Below are positions 13,337 through 24,749 of a stretch of 64,000 bases of DNA, in pieces (the first letter of the stretch is position 1; each line of letters begins with the position of its first letter). The position numbers and the translations under genes were made by a program. The stretch covers positions 35,565,232 to 35,629,231 of the forward strand of contig JAHRHZ010000062.1 of NCBI GenBank assembly GCA_024137785.1, given 5' to 3'. This stretch comes from Ginglymostoma cirratum. Lineage: Eukaryota. The notes under the pieces were generated by a model, which saw only the letters and a list, made by a program, of their open reading frames with translations, had not been told where the DNA came from and did not search any database.

Positions 13337-14321
13337 TAATGTTTCATTTCTGTTTAATATTGTATTCTGTATCTCTTTAGGTGATCAGTGATTTATTATG
13401 TTATTAGTCATGGAAGTAGATGGGATATACATATTCAATCCAAGCGAGCTCTGAACGAACACTTGGGTAGTAGGCAACAGTGTAAAAAGAATTTCATATT
13501 TTAAACATTAGAGCGGAATTTTAATGCATGTTAAAAATTAAAGTTTTATTCTTCACTTGAAGCAGAATTTCCTAATCACTTCATGCAACTGAATTAAAAG
13601 CAGGGAGGTATGGATGCATTAAGTGTGCTGTCTCAATATCACAGGACAGCCATTTGCGGCTTTTATGTGTGTTAGATGAATGTATTCTGCCCTGTCTCTT
13701 GTATTGCTCATTATTTAGTACCTTAAGACAAGCTGAATCAAGTTCAACTTAGTTTGAAATGCTTATTTATTTTACTTTACTACCTTAGTAGCTGGAGAAA
13801 GGAAATAGTTATTTCTAACAAATTGAGAGAAAATGCTTCTTCTTAGTTGACTGCAATTAAGACAATTTTACCTTTGACCAATTGTGAACAGTTGAACTAT
13901 TTAGGAACAGTTTGGATCAATGTTTTGCTGATAAAGTATACAACTGTCACTGGCAGGTTAACCTTTCTCGACCATGGAAATTATTTTTATGTTGTTTCTC
14001 TAGAACTGGTTTCCATTTCAGAAAACGTATGGAAGTGTTACTCAAAAGTTTTTTTTTTTGTTGAGAGGTTCCTTTGTTAAGTTTGCTATTGTGTGGAGAC
14101 ATTAATGTTGTATATGTAAATACTTTAGCTTTGAGATTAGCGTATCCTGTGGAGCTTGATCCAAGCCAGCCAGTGAGACAGAAACTAAGACTACTTTCAT
14201 TGCAGATGGAGTTTATTAAGTAGTCCATATTACTTTTTCTTTAAAATCAATTAGGAGAGATGTTATTACACAGTTCTGGAGCAAATGGTACTTGAACCCA
14301 GGCCTCTCTGACTGCTCTGAA

Positions 14322-14427
14322 CTGTTCTGAATAAGAGTCACTGGACCCAAAACATTCAACTGTGCTTTCTCTCCACAGATGCTGCCAGTCCTGCTGAGTT
14401 TTTCCAACAATTTCTGATTTTGTTCCC
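14322..14427 (+). mobile_element. Short Penelope-terminus copy (family A-like) starting at a decayed hammerhead
   Basis: gttctgaataagagtcactggacccaaaacattcaac...cacagatgctgccagtcctgctgag. Confidence 0.75.
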
Positions 14428-17398
14428 ATACTTTGTTTTCTCACAAGATCTTACCCTTCTATTATCAAGATTCCTTTTAAAAAGTTACAGTATTTTTCTA
14501 GGTTTACTTCCAGATCCACTTTCAGAACTTGTAATACATTTCTGACCTTTTACATGTTTGCCTCATTTTTCCATTCTCTCTCTTGTCCCTCCTTTTGCAT
14601 ATTTAGTCAATGTTTGTATTTTTTAGTTACTTCCTTCCATTCATTGGCCACCTCTGACAAATGTGTCAACTTTGATACCAACCTTTTGTTGTTGTCCTCT
14701 TGGGCAAATATTCTTGACTACATTCCTGTACCAATTGCCTATATACAGTCATTTTCCGCATTATTGTCCAATAAATGTGTGAAGTGCACTGTGCCTCATC
14801 ATTTTCTATGATGTGTTCGGATGTTGCAATGTTGTAATCAGTGCCAAATAACTATAAGAAATGCACCCTAAAAATGTTACTGTAAAATTACAGTTCCTCT
14901 GTCACTACTTATAACCTTATCTAACCAGTCCTTCTAACTTTGTTTTGTAATGAACTATGTCCCCTGGATTAAAATTGATTACTGATGAGCTTGTAGAATG
15001 CCACAAAGTTTGCCAAAATTTCTCTGCAACCTCAGCCTTAATCATGTCCTGCTCCCTGCATACAGGGTGTGAAATTGCTCAGAAAAAAAGGTTGATCTAA
15101 TTGTGTTCCCTTCCCAAGCCAGGGGATGATCACTCATTATCAAAGAAATGTTTGGATTTCTCCCAAAAACCTATTGAGATGGACTTCATGCTCCCAACCA
15201 ATTACAGTGAGTTATTTGCATGGACTGCCAACGCAGTGACAGGTGGTAATTTACAACTGAGCCCGTGAGCTCAGATAGTATGAAGCATCCAATCTATTAT
15301 CACGTGATTTATTTCACACACTTCATTTCTAAAAGGGACTTTTCACTGCTGTGTTCATTATCACGATATTCACATTTTTCTCATCTATCTCTCAATTCGC
15401 AAAATTGCCAGGTAGGAATTCACCTGAGGTGCCCTGGCCTATACCTGTGTATTTTTCCATTACCTTGTCCACAATTACCTTTTTCTCTTTATTATGTTTT
15501 ATTGTAGTTTAGCTAAATCTAGTTGCCACATCTAGCAACTACAGGGTAAAATTGTTTTGTTACTTATTCCATTGCTATGACTTCATTAAGGTCTCTTGCT
15601 AATTGGAGACTCAGTATTGACCATGATGCATCACATTTATTGCTGATCTCTTCCCTAAAATTAGTGTACTCATCATCTTTATTCCTGCATTCTGTAATAG
15701 AATTTTTAACCTGTGATAAAGATGAATGAGAAAATTACTAGTGTAGTTTTATCCTTTAAATTCCTATCTCCAGACTCCTACAATGCTTGTAATAATGCTA
15801 ATATTTTGATTAGAGAAAGGAATGTGGTTAATATCAAAATTGGGTGAGCTGTAGATCCACTGACTTCCAGAAACAGTTGTTTTATTGTGTTCCCTATTTT
15901 CTATCTGTTTCATAGATGGCCTCCTGTACAGTAAGAATGCCATTTGACACTATATCTATGCTGGTAAATGTGGCGTACCCTAACTATTGTATAGGGATTC
16001 ACCACTCTTTTTAATGATTTCAGCATGTTGTCATCTGCTTACCTGAAGCTGGTAGGACTTGAAACATCCTTAGCCTTACTTCAGTCTTGATTATTTAAAA
16101 AACCTCTGTAACAATTTAACCAATGTGCTCCACACATTCTGGATGTGCATCTACTGTCCAACACAGTGCAGTTAAAGAGTCTGTGACTGGAACACTCATT
16201 ACTGGCCTGATCCTCCTTTTATCTAGTACATTTCATCCTGCCTGATCAAAAGCACTATTCTCTTCTTCCAAACCCTCCATGCTTTGGGTAATTTTGAAAA
16301 CCTTGTTACTCAATTCAGAACTATGCTTTGCATAATGGTATTTTGAATTGTATCTAAAACACCTGTGACCATATCTTGGGCGCCCTGGCTACATTGTTCT
16401 GTTACAGTTCCCTCGTTCCTCCTATTTATTATAATTACTAAAGGTATCTCTATACTTATCCCTTTTACTTATGACTCTCCTCAAGTGTTGATGCATTTGG
16501 CCTTGAACTACATGATCTCACATGGCTGCTACCACTGAATGTTGCATTCTTTGTGTGACTGCCGAATGTCCCACTTGGGAATGAAGGTTTTCTCAAATCT
16601 TTTCAGGCTTGTGATGTCTATTCATCAAATATGTTTCTTTCTGGAAATTTAACTGGGTGACGTGTCTGTCCATGATCAATATCTTAATACAGGCCAACAC
16701 TTTAAAGGCAAGCACTAAATTTGGAATCTCCAATGAAATTTTCTTCAGTCTTGAAAAGATTGGTTATTTAAATATATCCTACTTCTAAATGTTTCAACAT
16801 CTATCCCTGCCTTGTATTCATTTAAAAAAATCGCCTTTCCTATAAATTTGCCCATAAATGTTAATAGATTATACAAACATTCCTCAATGCCCAATTCTTG
16901 AGCTACCAGCTCTGAGAATATTTCACATATGATCTTGCTTCAAGTAGGAAGCAGAAATGCCAGGACTATACCTGATCTTTTTTGTTGTTTGGTAAGAACA
17001 TAATCTACGTGCATATGTCAACTTTGTTTCACTAATTGTGACAACATTAAGCCTCACTGCATTATTAGGAAACCATTCCAATTGATTTCAGTCATTCCTC
17101 ACAAACTCAAATTGTAACCTTCTGTCTGAAAAGAACTCAGAGTTCAATCTTCAGCATTAAGCAGCCATTCTTTTCTGCCAAAGGCACATTAAATTCAAGC
17201 TAGTTGGGAGACAGAAACTCAGGTACGTTTCTTTGTCAGCAGAGTTTGTTAACTACTCAGGCTTACAGCTCGTTCCACACACTGCTGTTGCCCCCTTAAC
17301 ATGTACCCAGTTAATCAATTCATACCAACCTTCTACTTAACTACTTTCTGCATTAATAGAGCTGACTGTCTGAAGATGTGCAAATTCTCTAATGAGGT

Positions 17399-17609
17399 AA
17401 GCATAGCGAATGCTTGACAGGTCTGGTAGCTTCTGTGGAGGGAGAACAGCTAATATTTCAACTCTGATAAGATTCTTTCAGAAGCATCATACTGGACTGG
17501 AAACATTAGCTATGTTTCTGTCTCCACAGATGCTGCAGACCTGCTTAATTTCTCCAGCATTCTACGTGTTTGTTTCAGATTTCCAGCATCGGCAGTATTT
17601 TGCTTTTAC
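17399..17609. mobile_element. Older short Penelope-terminus insertion with inverted halves
   Basis: 13-bp TSD tctctaatgaggt (17386-17398 / 17610-17622). Confidence 0.8.
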
Positions 17610-18256
17610 TCTCTAATGAGGTGCTTCTTGTCTGAGAGTAACAAAATGTCACCTGCCAAAATTTATTATATTCACAAGTAATGAGCACACAAAAGAAACT
17701 TAACTAAATCAACGCATACATTAACCTCAAAGTCACTACAGAACATGAAAAAAATGCAGAGAGGCAACAGATATGAACCTGTTGGGAGCAAAAGATAATC
17801 GATCATAAAACTAACAGGTAACCTCAGTAAATGAAAGCAGAACGTGCCACGTAGCTTTTATCATTTTAGGTGAGTATCAACTAGTCAGACATACTGTGCT
17901 GCCAGTAAGGAAAACATATGTTCTATTCAAATTGACTCTTTCCACGAATAGGAAGTGAAGGCAATTATAGGTACATTGTGATCTTTATATAATTTGAGAG
18001 TAGTTAATAGCTATTCCATTTCTACTAATGAAAGGTGAGTCTAGAGAATTAATAATGGACTATTGACAGCAGTATCCTGTCGAAAGTCAGTAAATAGGAA
18101 GAGTTTCTCCAAAGCTAAAGTTTGCCAACAGAAGGCGATCAAATGCAAGTTTTAAGTGAATCACTTGTGAAAATGCTCCACAAAATAAACCTTAATGCAT
18201 AGGAATTAATGAACATTGATGTGGGTCAGGAAAAGCAATTCAAAAACAAAATAGCC

Positions 18257-18359
18257 CTGAGGAAGGGTAATACCCGAAACATTGACTGCTCCTTTCCTCC
18301 AGATGCTGCCTGGCTTGCTGTGTTCTTCCAGCCTCCTGTTTGTCTACCTTGGATTCCAG
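18257..18359 (+). mobile_element. Short Penelope-terminus element beginning exactly at the hammerhead core
   Basis: Starts CTGAGGAAGGGTaatACCCGAAACATTGAC; imperfect flanking repeat caaaaacaaaatagcc / caaaaatcaaaacagcc. Confidence 0.8.
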
Positions 18360-18812
18360 CAAAAATCAAAACAGCCAAAATCCAACAGCTTTTGTTGGGC
18401 TTTGGAAACAGACTGAATGAGTTTGGTCACAGAGTGAATGATTTTAACATCACAATTAGTCTCAAGTCTGTTACAGACTTGTTTAAAATAAGTACTTGTC
18501 CCTATTTGGATTTAATTTAAAGACACATTGCAATTTATGTTGAAAAGACAGACAATTTATGTGCAAGTTGGGACCAATTTCAGTGAGTGTTAAATAGCAG
18601 CAATGCAGGTACTGTGCTGTTTTTCAATTGGTGTTTTAACCAACTGTTCAGTTGGGGCATATAATCTAGAACCATTCAAAATCATCCATATTGTGAAAAG
18701 CAAAGGTGCATATTTGATGCCTGTGCATTGCTCTCACTTTGGATTTAGGAACCTCTGGCATGTCTGCCACAATTTGCCAACATCTGTTCAATAAAGGATA
18801 GCCTCTATTTAA

Positions 18813-19009
18813 GAGATAATAAGAACTGCCGATGCTGGAGTCAGAGATAACACAGTGTGGAGCTGGAGGAACACAGCAGGCCAGGCAGCATCAGAGGGGC
18901 AGGAAAGCTGACATTTCGGGTTGAGACCCTTCCAACCCAAAATGTCAGCTTTCCAGCTCCTGTGATGCTGCCTGGCCTGCTGTGTTCCTCCAGCTCCACA
19001 CTGTGTAGT
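18813..19009. mobile_element. Fold-back Penelope-terminus element (family B) with 74-bp inverted arms
   Basis: Arms 18850-18923 / 18933-19006 with a 9-nt spacer; 10-bp TSD ctctatttaa (18803-18812 / 19010-19019). Confidence 0.9.
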
Positions 19010-20077
19010 CTCTATTTAATTTGTTATTGCATCACTTTCAAATCTCCCTTCAACATGTATGGAGTCAGTCTGAAGATTCTAGTACAAAAGTCTTTTTGAA
19101 AAAACATGTACATTTGAAGAACTATTTCCAACAGCAATCTAACTTGACTGTATTCATTGAGATATTGTTTTAGTCATACCCCGTAATAGCTTGATTTGAT
19201 TGATGAAGGCAGGGTAGTGAATTGTGAAATCAAATTTGCTTCACAATGGAGAAGTCTAGAGATTACAATTACTAGGATCTGACAGCCTTTTATTAAGGAA
19301 GCACCAGCTTCACTCTTGAGGAGACAGCAACCATGTCTCTCAGTATCAACAACATATGCAAATGGGAGTTTTGGTGCTAAATGACTCATCATGCAATTTG
19401 TGTTATCATATCATACTTTTAGCTTAATGTCGAGAAAAATTCCTAAATACTTCATAATTACTTAATTAAGTAGTACGCCAGGTTTGTAACGCACTGTGTA
19501 CTTATAACCTGGGCTAGTAAAAGTGATGAGACATCTGAAGTTTTGTCGTACCTTGCGTCCTGTTGTCACTCCGAAGTGTAATTTCTGCAGCAAAGTAAAT
19601 GTCTGAAATAGGTAAACTCCGAAGTTTCTTGCACATATTACTGATTCAACACCACTTCATAATATAAAATGGTGGCAATTCACGTAGGCCAGAGATTTCC
19701 CACTGGGGGCAGGTAAATATGCAGAATCTACAGCTGTGCTCTTTCAAAGAGGTTCCCACAATTGGTTAATAACCTTTGTAGGACCCTTCTCGATTCCTGA
19801 TCCTCATTTGGTTGGCTAGACAGAAAATGCATTTCCCTTTTCCACACAGCTACCTCCTTCATGGGGCAGGGTAAAATATCAGAAGGTCAGTCCTCGTCTT
19901 TGTCTCCCTTCAACTCCCCCCCCCAACACCCACTAAATTCTGAACAATAGCTCAAGGGCAGTAAAGGAACCAGGGTGATTTTAAATGCTCATCTGTTTGG
20001 TTTCTACTGGGATCTAAGGATTAAAATCACACTGTTCTATTTCACGATGTTTCTGTAGCAACTATTAACAGATTCAA

Positions 20078-20209
20078 ACCAAAAGAACTGCGGGTGCTGT
20101 GAATCAGGAACAACAACAGAAGTAGCTGGAAAAGCTCAGCAGGTCTGGCAGCATCTGTGAAGGAAAAGTCAGAGTTAACGTTTTGGGTCTGGTGACCCTT
20201 CCTCAGAAC
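20078..20209 (-). mobile_element. 132-bp hammerhead-bearing Penelope-terminus element (family A)
   Basis: 12-bp TSD taacagattcaa (20066-20077 / 20210-20221). Minus strand reads AGUU CUGAGGA A GGGUC acca GACCC aAAAC GUU AACU; the G of GAAA is lost at a CpG. Confidence 0.9.
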
Positions 20210-20926
20210 TAACAGATTCAATGCAGCAGATGACAGGAACTCTGCCATTGCACGAATTGATGTGTGGCATATTCAGGGGATAAACAGCAGTGGAGGTCTT
20301 GTGTTAAATCCATAAAATAAGGAAGAATTTACTTCACTCAAATGCAGTTATATTTATCTCAAAGGAATTAAGTTTACAATTATTCATTGTAGCTGTTTCG
20401 AACTCAGGTTACAAATATGTTTTTGTTTTCATTATTTTCAATCATCATTGCTGCATCTAAGTCCATAATTCCCTTGAAGGGTAAGACACAGTGTACCAAT
20501 AACCTTTCCATAGCTATGAATCTATGCCATTATGATTTGCCAAAAAATATACACAGAACTGCCTCTGGTACTCTCTCACTCTGAGATCAGTTACTGTGAA
20601 ATGTTGTGACCTACAGGGCCAGTGTGAGAGCTGCAAGATGTGCCAACTAAATTAGATTAGGTTGCAGCTGGCATGATTTGTTTTAAGCATTTCAGCTACT
20701 GAGATCCTTTTTTTTTAGAAGTTGTGGGGAAACCTCAAAAGAGTAATCAAACCGATCACTAACGGTTTACTAAACTACTATTGATATACGTATTAGTTTT
20801 AGGAAAATTGTATTTCTAATTATTGATTTCCATTGTACAGCATTACAGCTGCAATGAATGGCCTCTACATTCCTATAGAGGCACAATGAAGAGTTGCCCA
20901 GGGAGGCTCTGATCTGCTGTCTTCTA

Positions 20927-20954
20927 CTGTGTGTGTCTGTGTGTGTGTGTGTGT
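20927..20954. repeat. (TG)n microsatellite, interrupted
   Basis: ctgtgtgtgtctgtgtgtgtgtgtgtgt. Confidence 0.9.
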
Positions 20955-21466
20955 CTTGACTTCGATGTCTTCCATACCCAAATAATCTGTTGACACACAC
21001 TCTGTAGATGCGCAGATGAGGAATGGCAACTTGGGTAAGGTGCTGCAGGTGATTTGGACTCTGTTGAGCGGAAAAAAAGTCTCAGCAGGATTTAAAGTCA
21101 TTGGGAGTGGAGGAGTGTGCAAAATAATCTGAAACAAAAATGTTAATTGGTTCATTATCTATTTTGTTGGAAAAGTAAACAAACTTCTCTGGAGAGATTG
21201 AGAAGATGCACCAATGATTATGTCTAATCAGATACTCATTTTCAACACGAGGTCAGAGAAACCTTAACAAAATATAAATGAAATTAATGCAGCCAATAAT
21301 TATGGTAAGTGTGTGAAATTTAGAAAGCGGCCAGGCTGAAAGGAAAAAACACATAAACAATGCCCTATTCATGACCCTCTGCATCTGTGTGGTTGTGCAT
21401 GCTGTGCTAATAATCAAAATACAGAGTTCGTTGCTTTTACCTTTAATTCTCTGCTTTAAATAATAG

Positions 21467-21556
21467 GTCCAAGCCGTCGGTTCAAAAGAGTGGTTGAAAC
21501 AATTCAGGTCCAGTTGTTAAGCACACATGACCAGCCTTCCGTGCAACAGTTGTCTG
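21467..21556 (+). CDS. BRSK2: BRSK2 internal exon, end of KA1 domain: (G)[29 protein letters not shown]
   Basis: Pyrimidine tract plus taatAG acceptor and G/GTaaat donor; 90 nt, phase 1 to 1. Matches the [18 protein letters not shown] motif. Confidence 0.97.
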
Positions 21557-23497
21557 GTAAATATTATGTTTTCTCTCAAAATGAATAATATGCAAAATAG
21601 GTGCTGTCTTATATGTTTACAATAAGAATCCAAAGTGATTTTAATACATATCTAATGGCATGCCTTATGTAAAACCTTTCCATGACATCTAAAAATCTCC
21701 TGGCTTTAGTGTTTAGTTTGCTACTTTGTTAAATCAGCACATAATCACCTCGTAATTTTTATGCCATTTTCAGAACTTGTCATGATTAGATTGTCTTATT
21801 ATGTCAATTAATTCCCCATAACTGAGTTTGATTACATTGCTATTGCACTTCAGACAGTTCGCTCATCGCTCCATTTAAATAATGTGGGTTTCAAAGTTGC
21901 ACCCAGTGGGAGAGAAAGGCCTTTCTATGGAGTTGGGCCCCATGTATAGACAGACAAGTTTTGTAAACTTCATATAAATCAAAAGCAAATAAAATTGGTT
22001 TTGCTCCTGGATTTTTCTTTTGTATTTAATGTATTATGAGGCAAATTTTCTTCAAGTTTAAGAGATTGTAGACTGGCATTTCCAAACCATAAATTATTAA
22101 AAAAAAAAATTGATGGGGAAAGTGAAAGTGGGTATAATCCATTGAATGACGAGGAATTTCAGCAACAGGAATTTTCAGCAATTTCCAAACTTGTGACTGT
22201 CTGGTTTATTTTAACCATGTATGCCAAAGCTTTTTTTATTATGTGGTCATTTCCATCATTCAGTAGAAATGGTTGGTTATCATGTTGACACGCTGAAACA
22301 ACACATTTTATATCCAAATGGACTGGTGCTTTAAAATGCTTTCGATGAAGTTTCGAAGTGACCACTTAAAGGGTCAACTTGGCATGAAAAACAACTAAGA
22401 TCTTTTGCAAGCACTGTGTACACAATTATATCCTTCTAAAATTCTCCTTTTTTGGAGAACAAATTTCAAACATTAAGTTCTGCAGATGAAACAGGATTAC
22501 GGTCTTAGTACAACATTTAGTGGAAATCATTGCTATTGTTTCTGGTTGCTCTGCAAGGTTAAACCCATGCATAAAGCTCTCCAAACAACAAATCTGAAAA
22601 TTCTCATTAATCCTGGAGCAAATCCTATTATCCTTTGCTGGAAATCTGGTGCTTGCACTTGCAAACCAAGGACACACTACCAGCTTTATATGCACCTTGA
22701 TGGCCAGAGCAATTTTTCAATTTAAGTGATTAGGAAACAAAATGCTCCCACTGTATTTGCAGATGTTTTTACAGCACTTTCTGTTTTCGTTTTGTGCAAA
22801 TATGTAAAGATGTATTTCCTAATAGTAAATTCTGCTCTTGAGAGCAAAAGTGACAAAAAAATGAATTAATGACAAAGTAGTATTGCTTTTTACCATCTAT
22901 TTTTGTAAAACATATTTGAGATTTACAAAATTTTTATTTCTGTTTGGAACATGTGAGAGAATAGTGTTGAACACTGCTTCTAAATGGAAACTATAGTCAA
23001 ACCTTAGCTCACTTGAATGTATCTGCCTCATGCTATTTGAGCGCGATTTTCCTCTGAAGTCCTGGGTAACATTAACAGTGTTTAATCAGAATAATCTAAA
23101 GCTTCCAGTGCTGTTTTTTTCTATCCTTGTGTAACGGCGACCCTATAGCCTCACGATATTTGTGCATAGTCAACCTATTCCACATTTTTCAGCTTTTCTC
23201 ATAATTCATTTTCACGTCGTCTTGTTCTCTCAATTTTGAGTACTCACTGGATTGTGTAATCTCATCATTCCTGCAACTACCATCCTTAGGAAGAATGAAT
23301 TATTTCAATTTAAGAAGATCTGCCATTCAACAGATACAGCTCAAATGGGGCCATGCCCACAAAGAAATATCTTAGGGCATTATTTTTTTAAAAATCTTAG
23401 TTGTGACCTAGTATGACTTATCTGTCTACATCTTCATGTCTTAGATTATTGGTTTATGCAGTAAAGAAACATCTACCTTTCTCCTCCTGTAATCCAG

Positions 23498-23545
23498 CAC
23501 CTTCTCACTGTATGCAGCTGCTGACTGGCAGACTTTCAAAATGTG
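23498..23545 (+). CDS. BRSK2: BRSK2 48-nt symmetric (likely cassette) exon: (A)PSHCMQLLTGRLSKC
   Basis: aatccAG acceptor and G/GTaag donor; phase 1 to 1. Resembles the BRSK2-specific DTTNCMEMMTGRLSKC segment. Confidence 0.9.
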
Positions 23546-24615
23546 GTAAGAACCCCACCCCCTCCACACACACACCCCTCGCCGATCACTCTTACCCCAT
23601 GGAGAGCACTGTGCTATGACCTTTTAAGTTTTGGATTGCCTTTCAATTCACTTTGAGCCCACGCTTCTGACCACATTTTAGTTCCTTCTGTTGCTGGTGC
23701 TGCATGTTGCAATAATTAGCCCAACCTTATACAGCAGTCGCTAGGTGACTTTGCCTGCCAGATAGGCTTGTGGTGCGTTGAGATGCCTTACTGCTTTTTT
23801 TTGGCAGTGAATGGTAATATTGCAGCTTTAAGTCTTTTGAAGTTGAGCCTTGATTACTTGATTATTACTGCCTTTCTTATCAACCAACTGCTCACTGAGC
23901 TAATGTTCAGCAATTGCTGTTGCTTTGCTTATATTCCAATGCACATAATGCTAAATGGACAGGAAAATACATCTAACATCCCCCACTGAATTGTGCATGA
24001 TGACACAAAGACAAAAGTGCATTTTATTTGTACACTTTCTGCTAGAGTATATCCTACCAAATCCCCTCTCATTGTATTTTATGTGTATATATATTTTTTT
24101 CTAAGATCATCGCTTTTATAAATTACTTATGGAAATGTTGCTGTTTTATATTGTTTTCATAAATCTGGTCTCCTTGTACAAATGCCTTTGAAATTATTGG
24201 AGTAGTTTAACTTTGAAGGCTGGAGTAGTGTTATATTCAGTGCAGTGAACCATTGGAGTTGTCTCCTGTCTTGTGCATGAATTGTAATCAATTTTTCATG
24301 GTGTCTGTACTTGAGCTTCCCTAATGGTACAGTTCTGAAATGCACTGTTCAGTCTTGAACTCAGCCATGCAAATCAAGAAGGACTAGGCTCAATTACATT
24401 GGTGCTGAAATTGCAGTTCTCGGAAGGAATGGTAACGCAATCCTAAAATCTCTCTCAATGTCACCAAACTGAGGAAAAAATAACCAAAGTAACCTTTCCT
24501 AATTTGTGTCCAGTGATGCCAGCTGTAAATTGTTTTGAATGTGGGCAAGAGTTGAGAGCAGAAGCTGCTTTGACATTCTCCCATGTTGAATTGCTTGCCA
24601 ACACTTATTCTTTAG

Positions 24616-24749
24616 GTCCACATTGCAAAGGATGGAAACTTGAGCAAGATTCCAGAGGACTACCAGTGCAACCATATTTCAGCAGAAAGTCAGTGCGTGC
24701 AGGAGAACAATGGGAATGGGGGTCCCTCCATTGTAAATATAAAATATAA
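24616..24749 (+). CDS. Candidate alternative terminal exon of BRSK2: (G)PHCKGWKLEQDSRGLPVQPYFSRKSVRAGEQWEWGSLHCKYKI*
   Basis: cttattctttAG/GT acceptor; open in phase 1 up to TAA. Followed by non-repetitive, TGTA-rich sequence with ATTAAA at 25475-25480. No homology recognised. Confidence 0.3.
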
